From NCBI GenBank assembly GCA_014764075.1, contig JACXUE010000001.1, positions 1 to 36,675 on the forward strand: a stretch of DNA of 36,675 nucleotides, written 5' to 3'. Origin of the DNA: Sulfuricurvum sp. Its GTDB lineage: Bacteria > Campylobacterota > Campylobacteria > Campylobacterales > Sulfurimonadaceae. Every line of letters starts with the position of its first letter. Within the stretch, counting starts at the first letter, position 1. Positions 28,255 to 36,675 of the stretch are shown here, one piece after another. The notes beneath the pieces were generated by a model. It did not search any database, was not told where the DNA came from, and saw nothing but the letters and a program-made list of their open reading frames with translations. The position numbers and the translations under genes are program-made.

Positions 28255-28526
28255 TCCGAATGGCTGACACTTGGAAAAAAGCGAAAAAGATGGCACTTCT
28301 CGCCCTCGGTGAGCAAGCCAATAAAGAGGATATTCTACGAGCAACCGAGCATCTATCGATTGTAACCTAGATTGAAAATATCCTCACCTACCCTTATGTC
28401 AAAAAATTGGTGGATGACGATAAACTTTTTATTCACGGATGGTATTACGATATCGAGACGGGTGGGATTGAGTATTATGATCCCGATAACTATCAGTTTC
28501 GCCCATTATGTGAGCTTGGAGAGTAA
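28255..28526 (+). pseudogene. Beta-carbonic anhydrase C-terminal remnant
   Basis: Manual translation: SEWLTLGK/[frameshift in A6 at 28275-80]/AKKMALLALGEQANKEDILRATEHLSIVT*IENILTYPYVKKLVDDDKLFIHGWYYDIETGGIEYYDPDNYQFRPL. Matches the beta-CA tail Q..NL.TYP...L.LHGW.YDI.TG. TAG at 28368-70 replaces the conserved Gln; no N-terminal zinc ligands. Confidence 0.85.
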
Positions 28527-28536
28527 AATTTTTCTC

Positions 28537-29331
28537 CTACCAATCCAAATATAAAAAGAGCGCTGATAGAAAATAGTTAGCGATAAAAATCGCTACGGCG
28601 GAATAGACAACGGCGTAAATCGTCGATTGCCCTACTCCGCGTGCTCCTCCGCTCGTGTGATAACCGATATAGCTTCCGATAGAACTCACGATAAACCCAA
28701 ACACCGCCGCTTTGATCACACCGGTCATAATATCATCAAATTCTCCCAAACGCATCAACGTCTCTTGATACGCTATCGGATTGATCCCCAATACACCTGT
28801 CGAGATCACATACGCCGATCCGATCGCAATAAAATCGAACCAAATGACCAATAACGGCAACGAAATAACCGTTGCAACGATGCGGGGGGTAATGAGATAC
28901 TCTTTAGAATCAACTCCCAAAATATCGATCGCATCGATCTGTTCGCTCACCCGCATTGTCCCTAGTTCCGCCGCCATCGCACTAATCGATCGCGAGATCA
29001 GCATAAGTGAAGCGAACACCGGACCGAGTTCTTTGGTAATCGAAAGAAAAATGGTATAACCGATAAAATTTTCAACCCCAAATTGATGAAATCCTTCATA
29101 CAATTGGATCGCTTCAACCATCCCAGTAAAGAGTGCTGTAAGAGAAATAACCCCCATACACCCTAAACCGATCACTTCGATTTGTGTTAGGACAATTTTA
29201 TAACGTCTAAACGCAAGCGGATAAAGCTTGAACAATGAAAATTGAAAGAGTATGAACAGACCAAACCGCTCAATCATGTCGTAAAAATGGAGAAACGGAC
29301 GACCGATATACCCTAAAAATCTCTCAACCAT
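28537..29331 (-). CDS. mlaE: MlaE family lipid-asymmetry ABC transporter permease
   Basis: KELGPV, AAELGTMRVSEQIDA, PRIVA, GGARGVG. Start moved to ATG 29331, which has an AAGGA RBS. Confidence 0.92.
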   Translation of the reverse strand: MVERFLGYIGRPFLHFYDMIERFGLFILFQFSLFKLYPLAFRRYKIVLTQIEVIGLGCMGVISLTALFTGMVEAIQLYEGFHQFGVENFIGYTIFLSITKELGPVFASLMLISRSISAMAAELGTMRVSEQIDAIDILGVDSKEYLITPRIVATVISLPLLVIWFDFIAIGSAYVISTGVLGINPIAYQETLMRLGEFDDIMTGVIKAAVFGFIVSSIGSYIGYHTSGGARGVGQSTIYAVVYSAVAIFIANYFLSALFLYLDW

Positions 29332-29432
29332 AAATATTTCCTTGTTTTCTTGGAGTAAGTTTAGCCAAAACAACCCAAAATTCAAAAGTTTCGCGCTACA
29401 ATAACCTAACCAATTATCATGAGGAGCTATGG

Positions 29433-29978
29433 ATGGCCGATAAAGAAAAAGAAGAGACCGCCAGTGATGGTGGAGAGAAGAAAAAGTCGAACCTTTTGCT
29501 TATTATTATCATCGCAGTATTGGTTCTTATTTTAATCATCGGTGCAATTGTCGCGTTTTTGGTCATCGGAAATGAAGAGCCTGCTGCCTCAAGTGCCGCT
29601 CTGACGCAAAAAGAGGCATCTGTCACCCCTGAACAGGGAGAAGAGACTGCGCCGAGAGATAGTTCATTGACTGAAGTTGGACTAATGTATCCATTGGACG
29701 GATTTACGGTCAATCTCCTCTCTGAGAGTGGCAAACGGTATCTCAAAGTGGAAATGAATCTTGAAATTGAAGGGGAAGAGCTCTCTCCAGAACTTGATCA
29801 GAAAAAACCAGTTTTCCGAGACATCATCATTCGTATTTTAAGTTCAAAATCACTCGAAGAGATCTCGACTATCAAAGGGAAAGAGAAACTCAAAGAACAA
29901 ATCGTGAGTGAACTCAATATACGTCTCAAAGATGGAAAAGTTAAAAACGTCTATTTCACCGATTTCGTGGTGCAATGA
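29433..29978 (+). CDS. fliL: Flagellar basal body-associated protein FliL
   Basis: Single TM after a KKK stretch, FTVNL...RYLK, RDIII..LSSK, VYFTDFVVQ. Confidence 0.95.
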   Translation: MADKEKEETASDGGEKKKSNLLLIIIIAVLVLILIIGAIVAFLVIGNEEPAASSAALTQKEASVTPEQGEETAPRDSSLTEVGLMYPLDGFTVNLLSESGKRYLKVEMNLEIEGEELSPELDQKKPVFRDIIIRILSSKSLEEISTIKGKEKLKEQIVSELNIRLKDGKVKNVYFTDFVVQ

Positions 29979-30325
29979 TCGGTATCGACCTCATCAAAAC
30001 CGATCGAATGAAACGCTATATTGAGCGTTTCGGCAATCGTGGTCTTGCTAAATTTCTTTCCCAAAACGAAATTCTACTCATTAAAAACTATCGAACCGCA
30101 AGCGGGTTTTGGGCGGCCAAAGAGGCATGCGCCAAAGCACTCGGCATCGGCATCGGAAGTGAATGCGGATTTCATGATATCCACCTCTCCAAAACGGCTA
30201 AAGGGGCACCATTAATCGACCTCTCTTCCCATCTCAAAGAGGCTTTCGGTATTCAATCTCTCAGTGTTTCGATCACCCATGATGGAGAATACGCGATTGC
30301 CGTCGTCGCTATCGAAAAACTTTAA
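29975..30325 (+). CDS. acpS: Holo-[acyl-carrier-protein] synthase
   Basis: IGIDL, FWAAKEACAKALG.G, VSITHDGEYAIA. Confidence 0.95.
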   Translation: MIGIDLIKTDRMKRYIERFGNRGLAKFLSQNEILLIKNYRTASGFWAAKEACAKALGIGIGSECGFHDIHLSKTAKGAPLIDLSSHLKEAFGIQSLSVSITHDGEYAIAVVAIEKL

Positions 30326-30378
30326 CACTCTCTTAGAGCCTCTTGGGTATCATTTCACGACCAAAAACGAGGACAACC

Positions 30379-31551
30379 ATGCACCAGATCACGATCACCA
30401 AAAACGCCGCCCGAACCTTGCGCAATTTCTTCTGCTGGGTCTATCAAAACGAAATCATCGCCCCTGATGATATCAACGATGGCGATATAGTCGAGATCCT
30501 CACCCCAAGCGGAGAGTTTTTAGCCCTAGGCTATCTTAATCGCAAAAGCCAAATCTCGGTACGGGTGCTCAGTTTTAGCCGATGTGAAATCGATGAAAAT
30601 TTTTTCCGTGCACGGATCAAAACTGCCCTCGCCAAACGATCTCGTATCGCAGAGCAATCGGACGCGTATCGCCTGATCCATTCCGAAGCCGACTTCCTCC
30701 CCGGACTCATTGTCGATCGTTATAACGACTATCTCGCCGTCCAAATCAATACACTCGGCATGGAGCGCCACCGCCAATCGATCATCTCCGCACTTGTCGC
30801 CGTGATACAACCACTAGGAATCATCGATAAATCGGACGCCAAAGTACGCACCAAAGAGGGGATTGAGACCCAAAACGGTGTAATTTACGGAACAGTGAGC
30901 AAAGAGATTACGATCACCGAGCATGGGATTAAATTCAGTGTCAATCTCCATGAGGGTCAAAAGACCGGATTTTATCTCGATCAGCGTCGTAATCGACGGA
31001 TCGCCTCCGAATATCTGCATAACGGGATGAGCGTTCTCGATGTATTCTGCAATGCGGGAGGATTCGGTCTCTATGCTCTCCGCAATGGCGCAAACGTCCG
31101 TTTTGTCGATCTCTCCGACCACGCTCTGGCTCAAGTACGCCATAACCTCACCCTCAACGGATTCGGTGAATGCGATATCATCAAGCAAGACGCCTTTGAT
31201 TTTCTCACCCTCGAAAAAATGTCCGACCGACGTTACGATGCCGTCTTACTCGATCCCCCACCCTTTGCCAAAACCAAAAAAGAGGCCAAAGGGGCGATCA
31301 AAGGGTTTAAATTTCTCTTCTCCGCCGGACTCTCCCTCGCCAAAGAGGATGGAATCGTCGCCCTCTTTTCGTGTTCACACCATATCGGCTTGGAAGAGCT
31401 GTTGGAGATTGCCCGTGAAGCTTCGGCAAAAGCGGGAGCACCTCTCGAAATCCTCGAAGAGCTCCGAGCCGACAGTGATCACCCTTATGTCATTAATATC
31501 CCCAATTCGGATTATCTCAGCGGCATTATCGTCCGTAAAATTGCCCTCTAG
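30379..31551 (+). CDS. rlmI: Class I SAM-dependent rRNA m5C methyltransferase (RlmI-like)
   Basis: PUA domain, SEAD.LPGLIVD.Y, GQKTGFYLDQR, LDPPPF, FSCS. Start moved to ATG 30379, which has a GAGGA RBS. Confidence 0.82.
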   Translation: MHQITITKNAARTLRNFFCWVYQNEIIAPDDINDGDIVEILTPSGEFLALGYLNRKSQISVRVLSFSRCEIDENFFRARIKTALAKRSRIAEQSDAYRLIHSEADFLPGLIVDRYNDYLAVQINTLGMERHRQSIISALVAVIQPLGIIDKSDAKVRTKEGIETQNGVIYGTVSKEITITEHGIKFSVNLHEGQKTGFYLDQRRNRRIASEYLHNGMSVLDVFCNAGGFGLYALRNGANVRFVDLSDHALAQVRHNLTLNGFGECDIIKQDAFDFLTLEKMSDRRYDAVLLDPPPFAKTKKEAKGAIKGFKFLFSAGLSLAKEDGIVALFSCSHHIGLEELLEIAREASAKAGAPLEILEELRADSDHPYVINIPNSDYLSGIIVRKIAL

Positions 31552-31560
31552 GAGAAGAAT

Positions 31561-31848
31561 ATGGAAAATTACATCACGATTCAAAAATACGCCTCGATTC
31601 ATCGTCAAAGCATCCATAGCGTCCTCAAAAAAACGATGAGCGGCGAGCTCAAAAGCATCGAAAAAGAGGAAAACGGTCGCAAAGTGCTCTATGTGGAATA
31701 TGATGGCAATACATCGTCTCCTAAGATCGAAGCTCCCCTCGAAGCAACCGAAGAGATCGATTATAAAAAAGCGTATGAAGATTTAAACAAAGAGTATCTG
31801 ATCCTCAAAACCAAATACCAAAAACTTGTCGAGATACTAGAGGGATAA
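31561..31848 (+). CDS. Hypothetical protein with a possible N-terminal winged-helix/excisionase-like fold and C-terminal coiled coil
   Basis: AGGAG RBS; YITIQKYASIHRQSIHSVLKK..SGEL pattern; heptad-like tail. The fold call is inference. Confidence 0.7.
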   Translation: MENYITIQKYASIHRQSIHSVLKKTMSGELKSIEKEENGRKVLYVEYDGNTSSPKIEAPLEATEEIDYKKAYEDLNKEYLILKTKYQKLVEILEG

Positions 31849-31893
31849 ACCAGCCCTTATTTGGGTATGATGCGTAAAACCAAAGGAGAGCGA

Positions 31894-32349
31894 ATGCCTA
31901 CCGAAAAAACCCTAGAAACCCTACTCAATGAGTGCTCAATATCCGTAGGGGCAAAAACTTCTTCCTCAACCTTGCCGAAACGATCCGGACTACCCGAGAG
32001 GAGATCATCGTCGGAGAGAAAAAACAGATCAACTACGCTAGTGGCACCATGACATGGAATAAAACACTCCATGCCGATAACTGGAGACTTTTGATCGGAT
32101 CAGCGAAAGTACGTACGAAATACGGCAATATTTTGCTCCCCATTGAGGACAAACGGCACAAAAGTATCCTCAACATGATCCGTACACTCAAACTTCTGAC
32201 CTTTACCGTCAAGCCAAGCAACAGCGAGGATGGTGAGGGATTTAGTTTCACTGCGCTTGAAGTGATTGATGAGAAACGACGCGGGTATCGCCCCTCTTTA
32301 AAGCGCTGTTTGCGATGCCGATCAAGGTATTGAAAAAAATATGGGGTGA
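31894..32349 (+). pseudogene. Frameshifted hypothetical gene (~150 aa when repaired)
   Basis: AAGGAG RBS then MPTEKTLETLLNE/VLNIRRGKNFFLNL...LEVIDEK/TTRVSPLFKALFAMPIKVLKK/NMG*. Continuity needs one extra base at about 31932, 32276 and 32339. Confidence 0.6.
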
Positions 32350-32352
32350 TTT

Positions 32353-32553
32353 TCACCCTCCTCCGACAAAATCGAGCAGTTCGATCGTATCACCCTCATG
32401 AAGCACCGCTTTGTCCCACGCGTCTTGTTTGACGATCTCCATATTGAGTGCCGAAGCCATAACCCGCTCACTCAATCCTAATGAGGTAATCAGATCGAAC
32501 ATCGTCGTCCCCTCCGGAACCTCTCTCATTTCACCGTTAACTTTGATATTCAT
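32353..32553 (-). CDS. thiS: Sulfur carrier protein ThiS
   Basis: MNIKVNG start, GDTIELLDFVGGG C-terminus; AGGAG RBS. Confidence 0.93.
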   Translation of the reverse strand: MNIKVNGEMREVPEGTTMFDLITSLGLSERVMASALNMEIVKQDAWDKAVLHEGDTIELLDFVGGG

Positions 32554-32561
32554 ACTAACTC

Positions 32562-33074
32562 CTACATCGACATTTTGATAAGTTGGGCGATTTGGATATA
32601 CCCTTTTGCCATCGCAAAATCATACGCCGTTGCACCGTCGTTGTTTTTGAGATGGGGATCGGCTTTGGCTTTGAGCAAAAAATCGACCACTTTTTCATTC
32701 CCGCTGAACGCCGCCTGATGGAGCGGCGTAATCCCGTCGTTATTGGCGAGATTGACATCGGCCCCTCGGAGGATGACAAAGCTCACCAGCTCCAAATCTT
32801 TTTTTTTGACCGCCAAAATCAGCGGCGTGTTTCCGTTGTTGTCCTGAAAATTGATATCGGCACCATTTTCCAACAAAATAGCGGCGATTTTCAGATCCCC
32901 CATTTTGATCGCAACGTGCAAAGCGCTGAGACCTGCACCGTTGGGTTCGTCCACCCCTTTATGAAGACGCAGATGCTCTCGGAGTTTGGGGATATCCCCC
33001 TCAAAGGTCCAATCGTGCAATACTCCCCCTTGCAGTGAAAGGGCAATCATCAAAGCTGCTAATGCCAAACGCAT
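32562..33074 (-). CDS. Ankyrin repeat protein with signal peptide
   Basis: GLSALHVA, GNTPLILA, GITPLHQA and GATAYDFA repeats with GADIN/GADVN linkers. Confidence 0.92.
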   Translation of the reverse strand: MRLALAALMIALSLQGGVLHDWTFEGDIPKLREHLRLHKGVDEPNGAGLSALHVAIKMGDLKIAAILLENGADINFQDNNGNTPLILAVKKKDLELVSFVILRGADVNLANNDGITPLHQAAFSGNEKVVDFLLKAKADPHLKNNDGATAYDFAMAKGYIQIAQLIKMSM

Positions 33075-33077
33075 TAT

Positions 33078-34067
33078 TTATCCTTTGGCAAATCGGATCA
33101 TTTTAAACCTCTCCCCCATCAACGAGGGGGTGATGAGGATTTTAACCTTCTCAAGCTCCTGAGCGTAAATCTCCTCACCCGCGCGCTCTTTGAGCATCGC
33201 CATCAAATCCAATATCCCCATCTCCATCAACGCCACGAGCTGTGTCGAGTAGTGAACGCACTCTATCTCTGCCGATGCAAACGCCTCTTTGACATGGGTG
33301 AAATTGACATCATAGGTGATATCGCTTTTACCGAACGCGTCGGAGCGTTCCAACGCTTCATCGAACAACGCAAACGTCTGATGTTTCCGATAGACACGGA
33401 TCGAAAAGTCGCTCCGCGCACTCAATTCGCCGTAGTCAAAACTCATAAACTCAAACCGCTTAGAGGTTTTTGCCATCACTTGCGCAAACGATTCATAACC
33501 TATCGCGATTTCGCCCCGATCCTGCTGATATTTTTCCGCCAACGATCGGATTTTGGGATCGTCGATGTCAAAAATGATCTCATGATTCTCAACCCGCCCG
33601 ATTTGTCCTTTGTAAAAGAGTTCGCAAGGAAACGCATCGAAAATCTCATTGGCAATGAAAAAGGTACACTCCTCGTCCAATTCGCCCAAATCGGCGTAGT
33701 GTTCGAGTGTCACCGCATTCCCGAACGACTCTTTAAAATAGCGTTTTTGGGCATCTCGAAGATGTTCAAATCGCTCATTGATCCCAAATCGGAGGCTCTG
33801 GAGCAATGAGGGACGGAGTGTATGGATAAACTCGATGATATCGGCCAACAAATAGCCGTGATGGGCACCGATCTCGCAAATGAGCGAATCAGAGCCAAGA
33901 AACCCCTCATCGATCCGTTTAATGATGTGTTTGGCGATCGCTCCCCCGAAAAATTTAGAGGTGCTCACGGCCGTATAAAAATCCCCCTTTTTTCCGATAG
34001 GTCGATACGTTGCGTAGTATCCCTCCGCTCCGTAGAGCCATTGCTTCATATAGTCGCTAAATCGCAC
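33078..34067 (-). CDS. MidA/NDUFAF7 (DUF185) family SAM-dependent methyltransferase
   Basis: FSDYM..WLY...GYY, GDFYTA, EIGAHHG, ANEIFDAFP, FDYG, DITYDVNF, MGERFK. Confidence 0.9.
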   Translation of the reverse strand: MRFSDYMKQWLYGAEGYYATYRPIGKKGDFYTAVSTSKFFGGAIAKHIIKRIDEGFLGSDSLICEIGAHHGYLLADIIEFIHTLRPSLLQSLRFGINERFEHLRDAQKRYFKESFGNAVTLEHYADLGELDEECTFFIANEIFDAFPCELFYKGQIGRVENHEIIFDIDDPKIRSLAEKYQQDRGEIAIGYESFAQVMAKTSKRFEFMSFDYGELSARSDFSIRVYRKHQTFALFDEALERSDAFGKSDITYDVNFTHVKEAFASAEIECVHYSTQLVALMEMGILDLMAMLKERAGEEIYAQELEKVKILITPSLMGERFKMIRFAKG

Positions 34068-35259
34068 TGTTTACCTTTTCGTACAAATTGAGGAGTTCAA
34101 GCTGGATATCAAGATCGATGATCTCTTTTTCGATCTGCTGAATTTTATGAGAGTTGGAGAGCATTTTGACATCGTATTCGGTTTTGTATCCCGCTTTGTA
34201 GAGCTCTTCAGTATCGGCGAGGAGTTTGGCATAAAGCTTTTGGTTTTCTTCAGCTAATGCCCTCTTTTTTTCACTGTTGGAGAGGTTGTGACTCACTTGC
34301 TGATAGAGGGCTTTGAGCTCCCGTTTTTTATCGGCGATCCGGAGGGTCGATTTCAACGTCTCGATACGGGCACTCTCCATCTCTCGAAACTCATTGAAAT
34401 CGATCGGCATCGTCGCACTGAGTCCATAGGTCGTGTAACGGTTTTCAACCGAAATAGCCCCCGGCATTCCGGCAAATTTCGCATCGTCCAACCGGTTCCA
34501 GTTATAGGCCGCATTAACACTGATTGCGGGGAGATATTTGGCGCGGATCATGTTGGCGTTCCATCGGCTCTTCTCCCGATCACTTTGGGTAAGGTGCAAA
34601 TCGATCGCTTCGGATTCAAATGCTGTTTGCTCAATGAGTTTCAGCTTCGGAATCGGTGTTGTAGCATAGGGGGCATCGCTGATACTCTCATAGGCGCTGA
34701 TCTGCTTTGCTTTCAAGGTTTGAAGATCGTAAAGTACTTGGGTAAGGGAATTTTTTTCGATGATGGCGTTATCCAAAAAGCCTGAATCAAGTTCTCCGTG
34801 CAGATAGCTCTCGGTTTTGAGTTCGAGATTGAGTCCGGCATTGGAAATAAGAAGTTCTTGCTTGGCGACGCGCAAATCGCTTTGGCGAATCTGCATCAGC
34901 AACGATACCGCCTCTTTGATCAGTTTTTGACGCGCGGCATCGATCGAGAGATTCCCGTATCGGCGTGAAGCTTCGGCGAATTTAATCCCGTAATAAATAC
35001 CGCCGCTTCGGAAAATAGGCTGATCGATGGATACCGAGGCGTTTTGAGTCGTCCCATCACCGTCATACTGATCGCTTTTACCATACGAATAACGCAACAG
35101 CAAAGGTTGGAGCCACGAATCGCGGAGGATATCGCTTTGAAGCTGTGTACGATGGTAGTCGAGTTCAAACTGCTCCTCTTTGAGGGTTGAAAGGAGAAAA
35201 TCCGAACCCGATAGAGGATAAGCAAGCACTAAACTACAGAGAAGCCATCGCTTTTTCAA
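34057..35259 (-). CDS. TolC family outer membrane protein
   Basis: Probable TTG start at 35259 gives a signal peptide (MKKRWLLCSLVLAYPLSG); two helix/strand repeats (QPIFRSGG, AKYLPAISV, YKAG). Confidence 0.82.
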   Translation of the reverse strand: MKKRWLLCSLVLAYPLSGSDFLLSTLKEEQFELDYHRTQLQSDILRDSWLQPLLLRYSYGKSDQYDGDGTTQNASVSIDQPIFRSGGIYYGIKFAEASRRYGNLSIDAARQKLIKEAVSLLMQIRQSDLRVAKQELLISNAGLNLELKTESYLHGELDSGFLDNAIIEKNSLTQVLYDLQTLKAKQISAYESISDAPYATTPIPKLKLIEQTAFESEAIDLHLTQSDREKSRWNANMIRAKYLPAISVNAAYNWNRLDDAKFAGMPGAISVENRYTTYGLSATMPIDFNEFREMESARIETLKSTLRIADKKRELKALYQQVSHNLSNSEKKRALAEENQKLYAKLLADTEELYKAGYKTEYDVKMLSNSHKIQQIEKEIIDLDIQLELLNLYEKVNSAI

Positions 35260-36409
35260 GACGTGCGAACCCTTCATCAATATCTCCTTTGGTGATAGTC
35301 AGCGGTGGGAGGAATCGGAGGGTATTGCGTCCAGCTTTGAGGATGATGACTCCGGCTTCGCGTGCGGCATTGATGATTTTACCCAATGTATCGCCATCGA
35401 CAACCCGCAAACCGCGCATCATCCCCAGTCCCACGTGATCGAGAAAAATTGCTGGATGCTTGGCAGCAAACGATCCCAACGACTCTTCAAAATAAATCAG
35501 ATGCTCATCCAAACTTCCCGATTCTTTGAGCTCTTCGAGGATTTTCAACACTTCGATCGCCGCTGCGGTGGAGAGGTAGTTTCCGCCGAACGTCGATCCG
35601 TGATCTCCGGGGGCGAAAATATCTTTTTTGCTTGTCATCACAACGCCGATCGGAACACCGCCCCCCAGCCCTTTGGCTAATGTAATGACATCGGGTTCGA
35701 TCCCGTAAAGATTAGACGCAAGAAACTCCCCTGTACGGTAGATCCCCGTCTGTACTTCATCCACCATCAGCAAAATATCGCGTGATTTCAGCAACGCGGC
35801 GAGAGCTTGGACTTTGGCACGATCTTGGGGCTGAACACCGCCTTCGCCTTGTACCAGTTCGATCATCACCGCAACCGTATAATCATCAAGGAGCGATTCG
35901 ATCTCATCGATGTTTTTAGCGTAGACAAATCCATCCGGAAACGGTCCGAAATAGTTGTGCATCGACTCTTGTCCCGTCGCCTTGAGCGCCGTAATCGTCC
36001 GCCCGTGGAAGGAATGATCCAAGGTGATGATTTTATAACGCTTCGGTTGTCCCTCGATTTCTCCGTATTTTCGGGCGATTTTGATCGCCCCCTCGTTCGC
36101 TTCTGCTCCGCTGTTGCCGAAAAAACATTTCATGTCATACCCGCTTAACTCGACGATACGGCGTGCGCACTCGGCTTGGGGTTCGATGTAATAGAGATTA
36201 GAGACATGGATCACTTTGCTCGCTTGGTCACAAATCGCTTTCGTGAGGCGATCGTTTCCATGCCCGACACTGCACACCGCGATTCCGGCGGCAAAATCGA
36301 CATACTCTTTCCCCTCCGAGTCAATCAACGTTGCGTTTTTCCCCGAGACGAAACTCACCTTTTGGCGTCCGTAGGTGGGCAATACATAATTTTCAAAATT
36401 GTTCATCAT
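35234..36409 (-). CDS. argD: Acetylornithine aminotransferase
   Basis: YVDFAAGIAV, NSGAEANEGAIK, SFHGRT, DEVQTG, TLAKGLGGG, HGSTFGGN. Confidence 0.93.
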   Translation of the reverse strand: MMNNFENYVLPTYGRQKVSFVSGKNATLIDSEGKEYVDFAAGIAVCSVGHGNDRLTKAICDQASKVIHVSNLYYIEPQAECARRIVELSGYDMKCFFGNSGAEANEGAIKIARKYGEIEGQPKRYKIITLDHSFHGRTITALKATGQESMHNYFGPFPDGFVYAKNIDEIESLLDDYTVAVMIELVQGEGGVQPQDRAKVQALAALLKSRDILLMVDEVQTGIYRTGEFLASNLYGIEPDVITLAKGLGGGVPIGVVMTSKKDIFAPGDHGSTFGGNYLSTAAAIEVLKILEELKESGSLDEHLIYFEESLGSFAAKHPAIFLDHVGLGMMRGLRVVDGDTLGKIINAAREAGVIILKAGRNTLRFLPPLTITKGDIDEGFARLEKAMASL

Positions 36410-36675
36410 AGTTTTGTTGCCTTTATTTTAGTTTCTTGATACACCGCGTTCTCCCCCTCGTAACTGATCCACGGCGGGGTTAGACGGTTCACAAGAGGAT
36501 TTCCCGCATAGATGAGGAGGCAATCACCCCTCAGCCGCTCATCCAAAGCAACTTCCATTTGAGCATTTCCGTGTTGGGTCTCCAATACAACCCTCTCTCC
36601 CGCACCAAATCCCGCATCGGGGTGGAAATAGACTTTGGCATCACGATAAAACTGCGAATTGAGTCCTCGCGGATG
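36406..36675 (-). CDS. Molybdopterin oxidoreductase, C-terminal dinucleotide-binding domain (partial)
   Basis: Manual translation HPRGLNSQFYRDAKVYFHPDAGFGAGERVVLETQHG...VNRLTP...GENAVYQETKIKATKL*; ATGA overlap with argD. Confidence 0.78.
   Translation of the reverse strand, partial: HPRGLNSQFYRDAKVYFHPDAGFGAGERVVLETQHGNAQMEVALDERLRGDCLLIYAGNPLVNRLTPPWISYEGENAVYQETKIKATKL

Noticed and set aside
29332-29385. N-terminal extension of MlaE in the ORF track (likewise RlmI 30343-30378 and TolC 35260-35280)
   Set aside because: Downstream starts have better RBS or signal-peptide context, and the extensions overlap promoters or neighbouring genes.
34057-35259. Orphan TolC as part of a new secretion system with the ankyrin protein and MidA methyltransferase
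   Set aside because: No membrane-fusion or inner-membrane transporter gene is adjacent, and mixed-function operons are normal in this phylum; nothing in the sequence ties them functionally.
287-36439. Many antisense and alternate-frame ORFs in the track (for example 5779-6330, 25009-25662, 31040-31639, 32583-33038, 33252-33809)
   Set aside because: They lie within well-supported genes and show no recognisable motifs; they are best explained as codon-usage shadows.

Overview
Chromosomal, mostly housekeeping window from a Campylobacterota (epsilonproteobacterial) genome. Gene content and order suggest a Sulfuricurvum/Sulfurimonas-like organism (inference). Order: dusB (partial)-membrane protein-dksA-rlmH-thiE-accD-inositol monophosphatase-gltD-gltB (minus strand); recO-small ORF-DUF853/HerA-like ATPase, convergent with recR; dnaJ; fused cytochrome c synthetase CcsBA; a ~700-bp AT-rich gap; MBL hydrolase, PaaI thioesterase, cmoB, CDF transporter, DUF3365 c-type cytochrome, CZB protein; rny and 5-formyl-THF cyclo-ligase; TlpA-ftsY-[MazEF]-radA; small ORF plus a beta-carbonic anhydrase remnant; mlaE; fliL-acpS-rlmI; small ORFs; thiS-ankyrin-MidA methyltransferase-TolC-argD-molybdopterin oxidoreductase (partial). 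I see no rRNA, tRNA, CRISPR array, transposase or prophage, and I cannot support a clear new multi-gene system. The best leads are: a compact three-way-junction RNA-like element in front of dusB; several decay scars (truncated and possibly micro-inverted gltD tail, orphan Tat-signal stub, carbonic anhydrase remnant, a triple-frameshifted gene); a MazEF insertion with its own operator; leaderless recO/recR flanking a HerA-like ATPase; a HAIR-like operator at dnaJ; and an excess of the palindrome CGATCG.
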